A stretch of 64,000 nt of DNA from the human T2T-CHM13v2.0 reference genome, Homo sapiens (GCF_009914755.1 NC_060938.1), one strand, 5' to 3'; numbered from the stretch's first letter, positions 41,635 through 55,320 are shown. Program-made: numbers and translations. The notes: generated by a model from the letters alone, not told the origin.

Positions 41635-43039
41635 GTTGGTAGACTATGTCAGAGGGAAGATCTGGGACTCAAGAACTGCTGTTCAGAGGTTTTTGTCCCA
41701 AAGGGTGCTCCCTTGGTGTGGTATTCTCCCATTTCCCCTAGGAATGGGCTTCCTGAGAGCTGAACTGTAGTGATTATTTTTGCTTTTCTGGGTCTAGCCA
41801 CCCAGTGGAGCTACCAGTTCCAGGCTGGTACTGGGGAGTGTCTACAAAGAGTCTTGTGATGTGATCCATCTTCAGGTCTTGAAGCTGTGGATACCAGCAC
41901 CTGCTCCAGTGGAGGTAGCAGGGGAGTGAAGTGGACTCTGTGAGGGTCCTTGGTTGTGTTTTCGTTTAGTGCACTGGTTTTGTGTTGGTTGGCCTCCAGC
42001 CAGGAGGTGGTGCTTTCAAGAGTGCATCAGCTGTAGTCCTATAGGGAAGATGCAAACTTGCCCTTGGGACACCTGGTTAAGTATTCAGGTTTCTCAGGCA
42101 GTGGGCCAGGCCATAGAGCTCCCATAGAGCTCCTAAGAGATTATGACCTTTGTCCTCCACTACCAGGGCAGATAGAGAAAGACCACCAGGAGGGGGCAGG
42201 GATATGGATGTCTGAGCTCAGCCTCTCCTTGGGCAGGGCTTGCTGTGGCTGCTGTGGGGGATGGGGGTGTGGTTCCCAGTCCAGTGGAGTTATATTCCCA
42301 GGGGGATCATGGCTACCTTTGCTGAGTCATACAGGTCACCAGGGAAGTGGGGGAAAGCTGGCAGTCACAGGCCTCACTCTGCTCCCACACAGCCCACAGT
42401 CCTAAAGACTGGTCTCAGTCCCATCGTGCCCCCTCCAACAGCACAGAGTCTATTTCCAGGAAGCTGGTGACCAGGACTGAGAACTTGGCCCAGATCACAA
42501 GCCTCCCCATTGAGAAAACAAGCAGACTCACTTTTAGCATCTCAGGGAGCAGGCAGCGGTGATCCATTTCCTTCAAAGGGTCTGTGGATTCTCTTCGCTT
42601 TCCTGGTATATTCCTGCAGTAGTTGTGGGAACAAAAGTTTACCATGTGATTCTCCACCTGGTGCTCTGTCCGTCCAAGCAGGAGCTGCAAGCTAATCCTG
42701 CCTCCTATCCACCATCTTCCTCAGTCACCTGATCTTTTGTATTTCTGTGGTATCAGTTGTAAGTCTCCTTTTTCATTTCTGATTTTGCTTATTTGGGTCT
42801 TCTCTCTTCTTGGTTAGTCTAGCTAGCAGATTATCAATTTTGTTTATCTTTTCAAAAAAACAACTTTTCATTTAGTTGATCTTTTGTATTATTTATTATT
42901 TATTTAGTCTCTATTTCATTCAGTTCTACTCTGATCTTTATTATTTCTTTTCATCTGCTAATTTGGAGTTTGGTTTGTTCTTGGTTTTCTAGTTCCTTAA
43001 GGTGCATTGTAGATCATTAATTTGTAATTCTTTTATTAA

Positions 43040-43351
<312 letters not shown>

Positions 43352-44094
43352 TAATCTTTCTTTTTGATGTAGGCATTTATTGCTGTAAACTTTCCTCTTA
43401 GCATGGCTTTTGCTGTATCCCACAGGTTTTGGTATTTTGTTTCCATTTTTATTTGTTTTTCAAGGAATTTTTAAATTTCTTTCTTAATTTTTTTGTTGAC
43501 CCAATGGTCAATTGGGTGTATGTTGTTCAATTTCCATGTATTTATATAGTTTTCAGAGTTTTTCTTTATATTGATTTCTAGTTTTATTCCATTGTGGTCT
43601 GAGATGGTACTTGATATAATTTCAATTTTTAAAAATTTGTTGAGAATTGTTTTGTGGCCTAACATATGGTCTATCCTGAAGAATGTTCTATGTGCTAATG
43701 GAAAGAATGTATATTCTGCAGTTATTGGATAGAATGTTCTGTAAATGTTTCTTGGGTTCATTTGGTCTAAAGTCCAATTTAAATCTAATGTTTCTTTGTT
43801 GATTTTCTGCCTAGATAATCTGTCTAATGTTGAAAGTAGATTGTTGAATATGTGCTTCCTCACTATTATTGTATTGCAATCTAGCTCTCTCTTTTGATCT
43901 AGTAATATTTGCTTTATGAATCTGAGTGCTCCAGAGTTGGCCCTACCCAACATACTCTATAGTCACACCTCCCAGAGAGGCAGGTGAAAAGACTCCTCTT
44001 CCCCTCTTGCCCTCCTGCACCACCTTCCTGACTCCCAGGCCCCATTCATTTGGTGTTCAGAGTTCCACAGAATGTTCTTTTTCCTTTGTCAATT

Positions 44095-44640
44095 GCATGC
44101 TGCCACTCCTCTGCTTAGCATCCTTCCAGGGTTTCCCACAGCATTCAGAGTAGTGCCCAAACTCGTAGCCAAGCTTCCAAGACAATGAAGACCTGGTCCC
44201 TGCAGATTTCTCTAGGCAAATCTCAGGACTGTATCCCCTTCACTTATTAATTTCCAGCCCCTCCTCTCTGCACATTCACATGCCATGCTCTTAGTTCAAT
44301 CTGCCTTATGGCCCATAGCATTCCTTTTACTGGGCTGCACTTCCCTTCTGCTCTTTGCATGTTGTCCAAATCCTCATTTCTCAGGCCTCAGCCTTACCTT
44401 TTAAAGCCCTTCTCTAACAACAACTACAAAATGGTGTTTCTATCCCTTAACCTTATGCTAATATCCCCTTCAGCTATTTTGCCCTTTGAATTTCTTTTCT
44501 TGTTTGTTGACTGTCTTCCCCACTGGACTGAAAGCTACTTAAAGCCTGGAGCCATGTTGGTTTTCTTTACTGTTGTCACTTCAGCACCTGGAATGATGCC
44601 TGGCAATGGAAGGCATTCAATAAATATCCATTGAATAGAC
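44095..44640 (+). mobile_element. L2 3' end
   Basis: CCACTCCTCTGCTTA...GCACCTGGAATGATGCCTGGCA..GGCATTCAATAAATAT..TTGAAT terminus. Confidence 0.7.
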
Positions 44641-44864
44641 AAGAGAAAAAGAAAAAGAAAAAGAAAAACAACAGCAGTCCTTCAAGCTACAACTCAGTAG
44701 GGAAAATAATAAATAAATAAATAAATAAATAAATAAACCTAGTAACACATTAAATGAATAGTTTCCATGTACTGACTAGTTAGTATATACCACACACATA
44801 GTGTGCCCAACATTTTATTTTATTGCCCACAATTCTATAAGCAAGATATTACTCTCCCTGTATA

Positions 44865-45150
44865 TTTTTCTTTCCCTTTCTCCCTCCCTTTACTTTCTTT
44901 CTTTCTTCCTTCTTTCCTTCTTTTCTTTCTTTCTCTTTCTTTCTTTCTTTCCTTCCTTCTCTTCTCTTCTTCTTTCTTTTCTTTCTTTCCTTTTCTTCTT
45001 TCTTTCTTAATTTCTTTCTCCTTTCTTTCTTTCTTCCTTCCTCCCTTTCTTTACTGCTTGCCTTCTTTCTTTCTTTCTTTCTTTCTTTCTTTCCTTCTTT
45101 CTTTCTTTCTTTCTTTCTTTCTTCTCTCTCTCTCTCTCTCTCTCTTCTTT
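44865..45150 (+). repeat. CT-rich polypyrimidine tract (tail of the adjacent minus-strand Alu)
   Basis: About 285 bp of TTTC/TTCC/CT. Confidence 0.95.
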
Positions 45151-45367
45151 TCACAAGATTTCACTCTGTCACCCAGGCTGGAGTACAGTGGCACAATTAT
45201 GATCATGGCTCACTGTAGCCATGACTTCCCAAGCTCAAGCAATCCCCCGACTTCAGCCTCCAGAGTAGCTAGGACTATAGGCATACACCACCATGCCCAG
45301 CTAATTTAAAAAAAAAAAAAGTTTCCCAAAGTGCTAGGATTACAGGCATGAGCCACAGTGTCTGGCC
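45151..45367 (-). mobile_element. AluJ with most of the left monomer deleted
   Basis: Right monomer, then an A run, then only the Alu 5' terminal ~45 bp (TCCCAAAGTGCTAGGATTACAGGCATGAGCCAC). Confidence 0.8.
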
Positions 45368-45387
45368 AATATTTTTCAAACTAACTA

Positions 45388-46085
45388 AGATAAAGAAAAC
45401 ATGGTACTTATATACAATGGAGTACTATTCAGCCATAAAAAAGAATGAGATTCTGTCCTTTGCAACATGGATGGAACTGGTCATCATTATGTTAAGTGAA
45501 ATATGCCAGGCACAGAAGGAAAAACATCACATTTTCTCACTTATTTGTGGGTTCTAAAAATCAAAAACAATTGAACTCATGGAGATAGAAAATAGAACAA
45601 TGGTTACCAGAGGCTGTGAAAAATAGTGGGGGAGTGGAGGGAAGGTAGGAATGATTAATGCATACAAAACATACATAGTTAGAAGAATGAATAACAGCTA
45701 GTATTTGCTAGCACAACAGAGGGACTATAGGCAATAATAATTTAATTGTACATTTACAATAACTGAAAGAGTATAATTAATATAATTGTTTGAAACACAA
45801 AGGATAAATGATTGAGGGGATAGATACACAATTTTCCATGCTGATTATTACATATTGCATGCCTGTATCCAAATATCTCAGGTACCCCATAAATATATAT
45901 ATCTACTAGGTACCCACAAAAACTTAAAAAAACAACTATGAAATGATAAATGATAAATGATTGAGGGGATAGATACACAATTTTCCATGCTGATTATTAT
46001 ATATTGCATGACTGTATCCAAATGTCTCAGGTACCCCATAAATATATATACCTACTATGTACCCACAAAACCTTAAAAAACAAAC
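45388..46085 (+). mobile_element. L1MA (L1MA2/3-like) 3' end with a duplicated terminus
   Basis: ATGGAGTACTATTCAGCCATAAAAAAGAATGAG...CTATGTACCCACAAAA. TSD-like CAAAC(T)AACTAAGA at 45377 and 46081. Confidence 0.85.
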
Positions 46086-47244
46086 AACTAAGAAACCAGA
46101 AGCTCAGACAAAAAAAAGTACCTTGGCCAAAGTCATAGTCGGTAAGTGGTAGAACCAGGTGTTGGTTGTAGAAGGGTTTGAATACCATACTGAGAATGAA
46201 GACTTTATTTAATTGACATCTAGGAAGCACTGAGGGTGTTTTGAGCAAGGTAAAATAATTCTTAAAATATCTGATTAGTAGGAGTATTCATGCCCTGAAT
46301 TATAATAGCCAATTGGTAGTTTCACCTTTGAAACCTAAATGGAGCTGATATTCAATTTCTCTCTCAGGCTTTGCCCAAGGACTCAATTTCTGATTCTACT
46401 CCCTCAATTAAAGAGAATTGGGTTAACTTTTTGAATGTAAAATTCTCCTCTGACACACAAATAATCACAAGGACAATTAAAGTGATAAAATGTCAGGTTA
46501 AATGGGAAAGAAAGTCAAACATAATTTCTTCTGAGTGTTTATAATTATTTTGTGGCATAAAATTGTGTTCTGTGCAAAAATTCAGAAACTTTAATTTTTA
46601 AGAGAGAAAAATAGCATAATCACTATACTCCCTTCCTAAATGTGTTTTTAACATAACACATTATAATTTATGCCACATTTTTAATATGAAATAATTTTAA
46701 TGTGTCTGGCCTGGTTCAGTCCTGTTAAACAACAAAAAAGACTGCAAAATGTATTTCCCCATGTGGCTAGATACATTCTAACGTCGTGAAGAAACACATT
46801 ATGTATATATGTTTTTCTATATTCTCAATTATAGATAGAAATCCAGGCACAAAGAGATGTATCTTTGGGCAACACGATAATTTGTGAAAAGGCTACACAG
46901 TTAAACAAGCATTTTCCAAGATTTGAAAAACTAATGAGGGAGTGTGAAAGCACAAAGAAATTAAATTGTAAGCTGTAAGGACTGACTTGAAAATATTAAA
47001 GAGAGGTATAATTCACATATAGTTGTGTGACTCTTTTTCCTTAAAAATCCATTTTGATCATTTTCTTATGTCATTAAATATTATTCATGCTGTACAATAA
47101 ATATATAATACTTCAACATGGGGCTATGCCATTATTGCTTTAACAAAGCTTTCTTTTATATAGCAAAACTCCTTTTCAACTTTTATTTTTTGCTTTTTCA
47201 GTTTCAATAATGTAAAAAAAATTCCACTGGGATGAAAAAATATT

Positions 47245-48500
47245 TTTTATTAATCAGCTTTATTTAGCTATAACTTGCTTATGATATAATACACACTTTT
47301 TAAGTTTTATTTCAAGGAGTTTGAATTATATATATACCCATGCAACCATGATTATAGTTAGAACTCAGAGTACTCCAATCAGACAAGTGTCCCTTAGTGT
47401 CCCCCACTTCCCTGGCCTAGGGAACCATTGATCTGTCACTAAATGACCTATGCCTATTCTAGAATTTCCTGTCAGTGAAATCACACAGTGTATATGCTTT
47501 TGGGTTTGGCTTTTCTCATTCAGAATAATGACTTTGCTATCCATCCATGTTGTTATTGTAACAAGTTCATTGTTGCTGAGTGGCAGATTCACAATTTGTT
47601 TATTCTTTCTCCCTTTGGAATATTTGTGTTGCTTTAGGTTTGGGTTGTTTTGAATAAAGCCACTATGAACATTCGCTTACAGGTTTTCATGTGAGACTTT
47701 CATTTCTCCAGGGCAAACATCTAGGAGTAGGATTTCCTAGTGATATGGTAAGTGGATGCTTGATATTATCAGAAACTGCCACACTGTTTTTCCAAAGTGG
47801 TAACCCACTGAATGTGCTGCCCAACGGTGTATGAGAGTTCCACTTGCTTCAAATCCTTGACAACACTTGGTACGGCCAATCTTTTTTTTTTTTTTTTTTA
47901 AGACAGAGTCTCGTTCTGTTGCCCAGGCTGAAGTGCAGTGGCATGATCTCACTGCAACCTCCACCTACCAGGTTCAAGCAATCCTCCTGCCTCAGCCTCC
48001 TGAGTAGTTGGGATTACAGGCAGGTGCCACCACACCCGGCTAATTTTTGCATTTTTAGTAGAGGCGGGGTTTCGCCATGTTGGTCAGGCTGGTCTCAAAC
48101 TCCAGACCTGAAATGATCCACCCACCTCAGCCTCCCAAAGTGCTGGGTTTACAGGCATGAGCCACTGCACCCAGCCTGGTATGGCCAATCTTTTGAATAT
48201 TAGCCATATTAATGGGTTTGCAGTGCCGACTCACTGTGGTTTTAATTTGCATTTCCTGAATGGCAGCTGATGCAGAGCCCTCTCAGATGCTTTCTTGCCA
48301 TTTCTACATCTTTGGGGGAAGTGTCTCCTCCAATCTTTTGCCTATTTTTTAAATGGATTGTTTGTCCTCTTGAGTTTTGGGACTTTTTTATATATTCTGG
48401 ATATAAGTACTTTTGTTAGATATATGTAATGCAAATATTTTTTCCCATTTTGTGGCTTGTCCTTTTGTCCTGTGCTTTTTGTGTTCTACCCAAGAAATTG
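47245..48500 (-). mobile_element. Ancient L1M 3' fragment interrupted by an Alu
   Basis: L1M 3'UTR/ORF2-end motifs (CTAGAATTTC..TGAAATCACACAGT; AACTGCCACACTGTTTTTCCAAAGTGG). Confidence 0.7.
47882..48176 (-). mobile_element. AluS
   Basis: Dimeric Alu. 18-bp TSD TGGTA(c/t)GGCCAATCTTTT at 47868-47885 and 48177-48194. Confidence 0.92.
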
Positions 48501-48680
48501 TCTTACCACCAGAATTTCAATAAACTTTGCTAATTTACCAAGTGAAAATGAATAATATATATTGCAAGTATTAAAATATATTCAGCCTCTGTTACTTTCT
48601 GGAGCTGTTGTGAGAATTGAATCGAATATACAAATCGAATATATTTACAGTGTACAGCATGACGTTTTGACATAGGTGTG

Positions 48681-49355
48681 CAATAATGCCTTCTTATCCA
48701 TAGTTTTGCTTTCATGATTTCAGTTACCTGTGGTCAACTGGGTCAAAAAATATTTTGCAGAAAATTCCAGAAATTCATAACTTTTACATTGCATTGTTCT
48801 GATGAGCGTGAAGAATCTCAAGCTGTCCTGACCCATACTGTCCAGGACATGAATCATTTTCTTGTCAAGTATCTCCACACTGTATACCTAGGTCACAACA
48901 CCCATTAGTCAACTGCATCGTCTGCTCCTGACATACAGCGTCGGCATCATCATAGCTTGATGATCCAGGATCACCTGAAGCAGCTGACTATCCTGGCATA
49001 TTGTCAGAGGTCTGTAGTAGCCCTAACACTACATCCTAGGCCTATGCCATTCACCTCACTTCATCTCATCACGTAGGCATTTTATCATCTCACGTCATCA
49101 CAAGAAAGGTGAGTACAGTACAATAAAATATTTTGAGAGAGACCACATTCATATAACTTTACAGTATTTTTGCAATTTAAAAAATTGTTCTTGGTGGTGC
49201 ATGCCTATAGTCTTAGTTACTTGGGAGGCTGACGTGGGCGAATCACTTGAACTCAGGGGTTCAAGGTTACAGTGATCACACCACTGTACTTCTGCCTGTG
49301 CCACACAGCAAGACCCTGTCTCAAAAAAAAAAATTGTTCTTTGGGAAGACTGCTG
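48681..49355 (+). mobile_element. MER44 (Tigger7-derived) DNA transposon containing an Alu monomer
   Basis: Left end CAATAATGCCTTCTTATCC, TTTCAGTTACCTGTGGTCAAC, right TIR remnant GGGAAGACTGCTG followed by TA. Homologous to the element at 3490. Confidence 0.75.
49192..49332 (+). mobile_element. Alu right monomer (FRAM or truncated AluJ)
   Basis: Single monomer with A tail. TSD AAAAAATTGTTCTT on both sides. Confidence 0.8.
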
Positions 49356-51044
49356 TACACTGTGAAATGATTAAATCAAGCTAATTCATATGTCAATGAC
49401 CTCACATACTTATCATTTTTTTGTGCTGAGAACATGTAAGATCTATTCTCTTAGCAATTTTCAAGTATACAATCTATTATTATTAACTATAGCCATCACA
49501 CACTGTAAAACAGATCTCTAGAAACTCTTCAAGCTGTCTAACTGAAATTTTGTATCCTTTGATCAACATTTCCCCAGTCCCCTTTCCCTCACTCTTCTCA
49601 CTTGCAACTTCCATTCTAATCTCTGCTTCTATGGGTTCAATGCTTCTATATATAAGCAACATAATGCAGTAGTTGTCTTTCTGTGGCTGACTTATTTCAC
49701 TTAGCATAACGTCCTCTAGGTTCATCTATGTTGTCGCATGACAGGACTTCCTTCTTTTTAAAGGCTGAATAGTTTTCCACTGTATGCATATATATCACAT
49801 ATTCTTTCTTCATTCGTCCCTCAGTGCACACTTAGGCTTAATCTATATCTTGGCTATTATGAATAAAACTGCACTGAGCATTGGTGTGCAGATATCTCTT
49901 TGATGTACTGATTTTATTTCCTTTGGATATATACTCAGTAGTGAAATTGTTGGATCATATAGTAGTTTTATTTTTAACTTTTCAAGGAATTTCCATACTA
50001 TTTTCCATAATGGCTGTACTGATTTACAGTCACATTAACAGTGTGCAAGGGTTCCCTTTTCTCCACGTCTTTGACACTTGTTAGCTTCTGTCTTTTTTAT
50101 AGTATCTATTCTAATAGGTATGAGGTTATATCTTTCTGTGCCCTTACCACATGTATTGTTTGCAAATATTTTCTCTCATTCCATAGGTTGCCTCTTCATT
50201 CTGTTGTTTCCTTTGCTGTGCAAGAGCTTTTTAGTTTGATGTAATCCCATTTGCCTGTTACTGCTTTTGTTGTCTGTGCTTTTTGGGACATCCAAAAAAT
50301 CATTAACCAGACCAATGTCAAGTAGCTTTTTCCCTAGGTTTTCTTCTTGTAGTTTTACAGTTTCAGATCTTATGTTTACATCTTTAATATATTTTGCCTT
50401 GATTTTTGTACATAGTTTAAGATAAGAGTCTAGTTTTATTCTTCTGTATGTGGATATCCAGATTTCCCAGCGACATTTATTGACGAGACTGTCCTTTCCC
50501 TATTGTGTGTTCTTGGCACCCTTATTGGAGATCAATTACACTAAATGTGTAGAGATTTATTTGTGAGCTCTCAGTTCTGTTCCACTGGTCTATATGTGTG
50601 TTTTCATGCCAGCACCATGCTGTTTTGATTACTAGAGCTTTGCAGTATATTTTGAAATATGGTAGTGTGATGCTTTCAGCTTTGTTCTTTTGTTGCTCAA
50701 GATTGCTTTGGCTATTCGGGTCTTTTGTGATTTCGTATGAATGTTATTATAGTATTGTTTTTCCTATTACCATAAAAAATGCCATTGGAATTTTGGTAGG
50801 GATTGCATTGAATCTGTAGATTAATTTGGGTAGTATGGGCAATACTACTCCCCAAGTTAACATTAACATTTAACAATTTAATTCTTCCAACTCACGAACA
50901 CAGAATGTCTTTCCATTTATTTGTGTCTTTTTCAATTTCTTTTTTGTAAATTTCTTTATACAGAATATTTTAAGAACTTTATAATCAGAAAACAAACCTT
51001 TATTTTCCCATTTTTATTGCCAAATTGTTGTCCCACTAATTGCT

Positions 51045-51133
51045 TTGTTTTTTTTTTCACCCCTGTCACCTAGACTGAAGTGGAATGACACAATCTTGGC
51101 TCACTGCAACCTCTGCCTCCTGGGCTCAAGTAA
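51045..51133 (-). mobile_element. Alu 3' fragment
   Basis: Poly-T, then CTGTCACCTAGACTGAAGTG..TCTTGGCTCACTGCAACCTCTGCCTCCTGGGCTCAAG. Confidence 0.75.
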
Positions 51134-51674
51134 TTGCTTTTTATCTCTTCATTTTTTCATTATATTTTCTCGTGATTCCAGCCCCGACTCTAGGAACTGG
51201 TTTTCATGTTTAAAAGTCCTGCCTCATCCAGAATCTGTTCTAAATATAAGCATTTAATATACAATAAGACAGATACCACAGAATCATGAGGAAATGAAAT
51301 CAATAAATTATTTTGGGACCACTTATTAGCTATTTTTAAAATTTAGAACCTCATTTCACATCCCAATTCAAAATAAATTTTAGGTGAATTGAAAATCCAA
51401 ATCTAACAGTGAGGAAAAATAAAATAAATAGGAGCATGGTGTCCCTTATTTGCCACATTCTATTGGTTAAAAGCAAGTCATGGGTCCCACCCATGCTCAA
51501 GGTAATGGGTTTGTAAGAGGATGTGGCTCATGAGAGTCACCTTAGTGTGTGTCCAGCAGGTTGATTGATGCCTGCAACAACACAGATGACGCTCGAAATC
51601 ATTATACTGAGCAGAAAAAAAGAAACAGATAAAAGAGAGCATTTACTTTTATTCTATTTACATATAAACACAAC

Positions 51675-52218
51675 TGTAAATAGTGTTATCCCATTGGCAG
51701 GTGTGGTCTATCCCCTTCCCTCAAATCTGAGTGGGCTTATAAAAAAGTGAAAAGGTCAGAAGTGAGGCTATGTGACTTCGGAGGCTAGGTCATCAAAGGG
51801 CATACAGTTTCTTTCTTGGTCTCTGGAAAGCGTGCACTTGGAGCCCTGAGTCGCCATTTAAATAATCCAACACTAATGAGGCTGTCATGCTGTGAGGATA
51901 CCCAAACCACATGGAGAGGTGATATGTAGGTGATCTAGTAAACAGCCCCAGCCAAGTCAGCCATTGAGTCAGCTGAAATCAGGCACCAGACATGTGAATA
52001 AAGAAAGTTCCAGATAACTTCAGCCCTCAGCCACTGCACTCACTCCAGCCATCTGAGTCTTTCCAAATGAGGCCCTAGACACTGTGGAGCAGAAACAAGA
52101 CATTCTTCATTGTGCCCCTGTTCAAACTCCTGACTTGAATCTGTGAACAAAATAAAATGGTTGTCTTTTGTCACTAAGTTTGGGGAAGTTTGTTAGGCAG
52201 TAAAAAATAACTAGAATA
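51675..52218 (+). mobile_element. MaLR LTR, MLT1G/H-like
   Basis: CAGAAGTGAGGCTATGTGACTTCGGAGGCTAGGTCAT; 3' end AATAAAATGGTTGTC..CACTAAGTTTGGGG..ATAACTAGAATA. Confidence 0.7.
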
Positions 52219-52599
52219 CCACCCTACTTCAAACCATCATCAGCTCTAACTTGGACTACAGCAATAGCCTTCTTTCTGATGTCCTACCTTCCTCTGCTGA
52301 TCTGTCTCTTCTCCCTTCTAATAATCCTCCATACGAGAATAAAATTGGAGCACTTCCTACTATGATACTATTGTAATAACACTTTACAGTTTATCATAAG
52401 CTATAAATCTATAGTTGTAAAAATATTAAACTATACAAAATTTAAATATAGCAATAAACGTTGAGTGACATAGCCAATGTAATCAATCAATGAATATCTT
52501 AATGGGCCAACTACAGGAAAAAAAAAAAAAGCCCACAAAGTGGAATTAAAACTGTGAGCTCCAGAGGTCTAAGGCATGTTAACAGGCAGAGAGATACTA

Positions 52600-55320
52600 G
52601 GAGATGAGATGAGACAAATAGAAAATAAATAGCAAAATGATAAATCTAAAACCAATAATGTCAATTATCACATCAATAATCACATTAAATATAAATGGTC
52701 TAAACAACCAATTAGAGGGCAGCAAATTTTAGATTGGATGAAAAAGCAAGACCAAACTAGTTGATGTCTATAAGAAACTCACTTTAAATATTGAAAAAAA
52801 AGATGGACCAAAACTAAAAAGATGGAAAAAAACAAATACTATGAAAAGGCTAAACAAATCTATAATTTGTTAATATTGAATAAGTGGATTTCAGAATAAT
52901 AAATATTATCAGGAATAAGTGGGGGTATTTTATAATGATAAATATTTGAGTTGGTAATAAATGAGTTTCAAGCACATGAAGCAAAAAAAAAAATATATGG
53001 ACTGAAAAGTAAAATAAAAAAGTCCACAATTAGAGTTGGAGACTTTAAACATTCTCTTACAATATTTGATAAAATAAGCAGATAAAAATCAAAAGGATAC
53101 AGAAGATTTGAACAATACTATCACCAACTTGATGTAATAAATTGATAGAACATTTTGTCCAGTAATAGCAGAATGCACAATCTTTTCAAGTACATATGAA
53201 ACATTCACCAAAATAGAATATATTCTGGGCCATAAACCAGTTTTAATAATTTAAGATATTTTAAATAATAAAAACTATGCCTTATAATGGCTATAGAATT
53301 AAAGTTAACAAAAAGACGTATAGAGAATTCCCAAATATTTGTAATTGAACAATTCTACATAGCCCATGAGTTGAATTACAAAGCTGAAGGGAAATTAGAA
53401 AATACTTTTAATTGAATGAAAAGGAAAAGACAACATATCAAAATTTGTCAGATGCCATTAAATCAATGAGGGGAGGAACATTTATAAATTTAAATACTAA
53501 TATTAGGAAAGAAGAAGGGATTCACAAGGATAATCTAAATTTCCCCCTTAAGAAACTAAGAAAGGAAGAACATATTAACTTAAAGTAAGCAGAAGAAAAG
53601 ATACAATAGAAAACAATACTCCACATAATAGAAAACAAAATAATAAAAATATTAATTGAATCATAAGTTGGTCCTTTGGAAAAAAATTAAAGTGATAAAC
53701 TGCTAGTAAAAATATCAAGAAAAAAGAAACATAAATTACCCACAAAAAGAATGAAAATGGAAATATTGGCTGGGCATGGTGGCTCAGGCTTGTAATCCCA
53801 GCACTTTAGGAGGCTCATATAGGTGGATCGCTTGAGCCTGAGTTTGAGATCAGCCTGGACAACATGGCAAGACCCTGTCTCTACAAGAAAACCCAAAAAT
53901 TAGCTGGGCCCACCTGTAGCCCCAGCTACTAAAGAGGCTGAGGTTGGAGAATCACCTCAGCCTGGGAGGTCGAGGCTGCAGTGAGCTGTGACCACGCCAC
54001 TGCACTCCAGCTTAGGTGACAGAGTGAGACCTTATGAGGTTTAAAAAAAAAAAAAGAAAGAAAAGAAAAGAAAAAAGAAAATATCACTACACATACTACT
54101 TTAAAATATAATAAAGGAATAGTATAAGTAGCTTTATGCCAATAAAGCTCAGATGAAAACATAGATGAAATAGATACATTTCTTGAAAGACACAAATGCT
54201 CAAAACTCACTGAAGAAAAAATAGATGACCTGTATATAAGAAAGAAATAATACCAATATACACCTATTCTTTCAGAAGATATAAGAGTAAGAAAACTCTC
54301 CCACACATCTTATGAGGTCATCATTACCCTCATATCAAAACCACACAAAGATATTATAATAAAGTTCTTGGTCAATATTCCTCATGAATGTAAACAAAAA
54401 AAAATTCTTAACAAAATTGTAGCAGTCAAATTCAGCAATATATGAAAAGGATAATATAAAATGACTAAGTGAAGTATCTTGGGAATTCAAAGCTTAGTTT
54501 AATATTTGAAAATAAATTAAGATGATTCAACAAATTAATAGAATAAATTGTATGACCATTCTAATAGACACAGAGAAAGCATGTGACAACATTCAACTTC
54601 CATTTGTGTTAAAAACTCTCGGCAAGCTATGAATATAAGGGAACTTCCTTAATCTGACAAAGGGCAAAGACCTACAATTCCAGTCACTTCTTTTCACTAT
54701 TGTACTGGAGGTCTTGGCCAATACAATAAGGTGAGAAATAAAATGGCACACGGATTAGAAAAGAAATATAAAACTGTCAACAAATCTGCAAAAAAGCTAC
54801 TTGAACAAATTTAGCAAGGCTGTAGGATAAATATATAAAAATCAATTGCATTTCTACATACCAGCAACAAATGATTAGAAATTAAAACTGAAAAATACCA
54901 CTTACAATAGCATCATAAAATAAAATATTTAGGTATAAATTCGACAAATGTGAGTACAAGAATTGTACATTTAGAACATTAAAAAATTGCTGAATTTTTA
55001 AAACGACCTAAGTAAACGGAGATATTTACTATGTTAATGGATCAGAAGATTCAACATTGGCAAGGCATTTGTTCCCCGCAAGTTTACTCTATAATATAAT
55101 CCCAATAAAACATAATTTCAATAAAAATACCATTGGGATTTTCTTTCAGAAATTGACAAGCTGATTCTATATAGATTTGATAAAAACCTAGAACAAGTAA
55201 AACAATATTGATAAAGAACAAAGTTGAATTTTTACTGACTTCAAGACTTATTATTAAGCTACACTAATCAAGATAGTGTCACACTGTTGTAAAGATAGAA
55301 AAATAGATCAGTGGAATAGA
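52600..55320 (+). mobile_element. Highly decayed ancient L1M ORF2 region
   Basis: A-rich plus strand with recognisable ORF2 motifs (AAATGGTCTAAACAACCAATT, GTTGGAGACTTTAA, AATAGCAGAATGCACA, GAAATTGACAAGCTGATTCTA). No open ORFs. Confidence 0.75.
53768..54080 (+). mobile_element. AluJ
   Basis: GGATCGCTTGAGCC, GAGGTCGAGGCTGCAGTGAGCTGTGA, A-rich tail. Confidence 0.88.

Larger units (their letters stand above)
36430..42729 (-). mobile_element. Full-length L1PB (L1PB1-like, ~6.3 kb), defective
   Basis: 3' end CAATAGGTTTTTGGGGAACAGGTGGTGTTTGGTTACATGAATAAG. 5' end CCTATCCACCATCTT. Perfect 15-bp TSD TGATCTTTTGTATTT at 36415-36429 and 42730-42744. Confidence 0.92.
48625..50945 (-). mobile_element. L1MA (older, L1MA7/8-like) 3' portion, interrupted near its 3' end by MER44
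   Basis: GTGTACAGCATGACGTTTTGA on the left continues after the insertion as TACACTGTGAAATGATTAAATCAAGCTAATT. ORF2-end fragment 49483-49725 (MNLEDVMLSEISQ). Confidence 0.75.
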
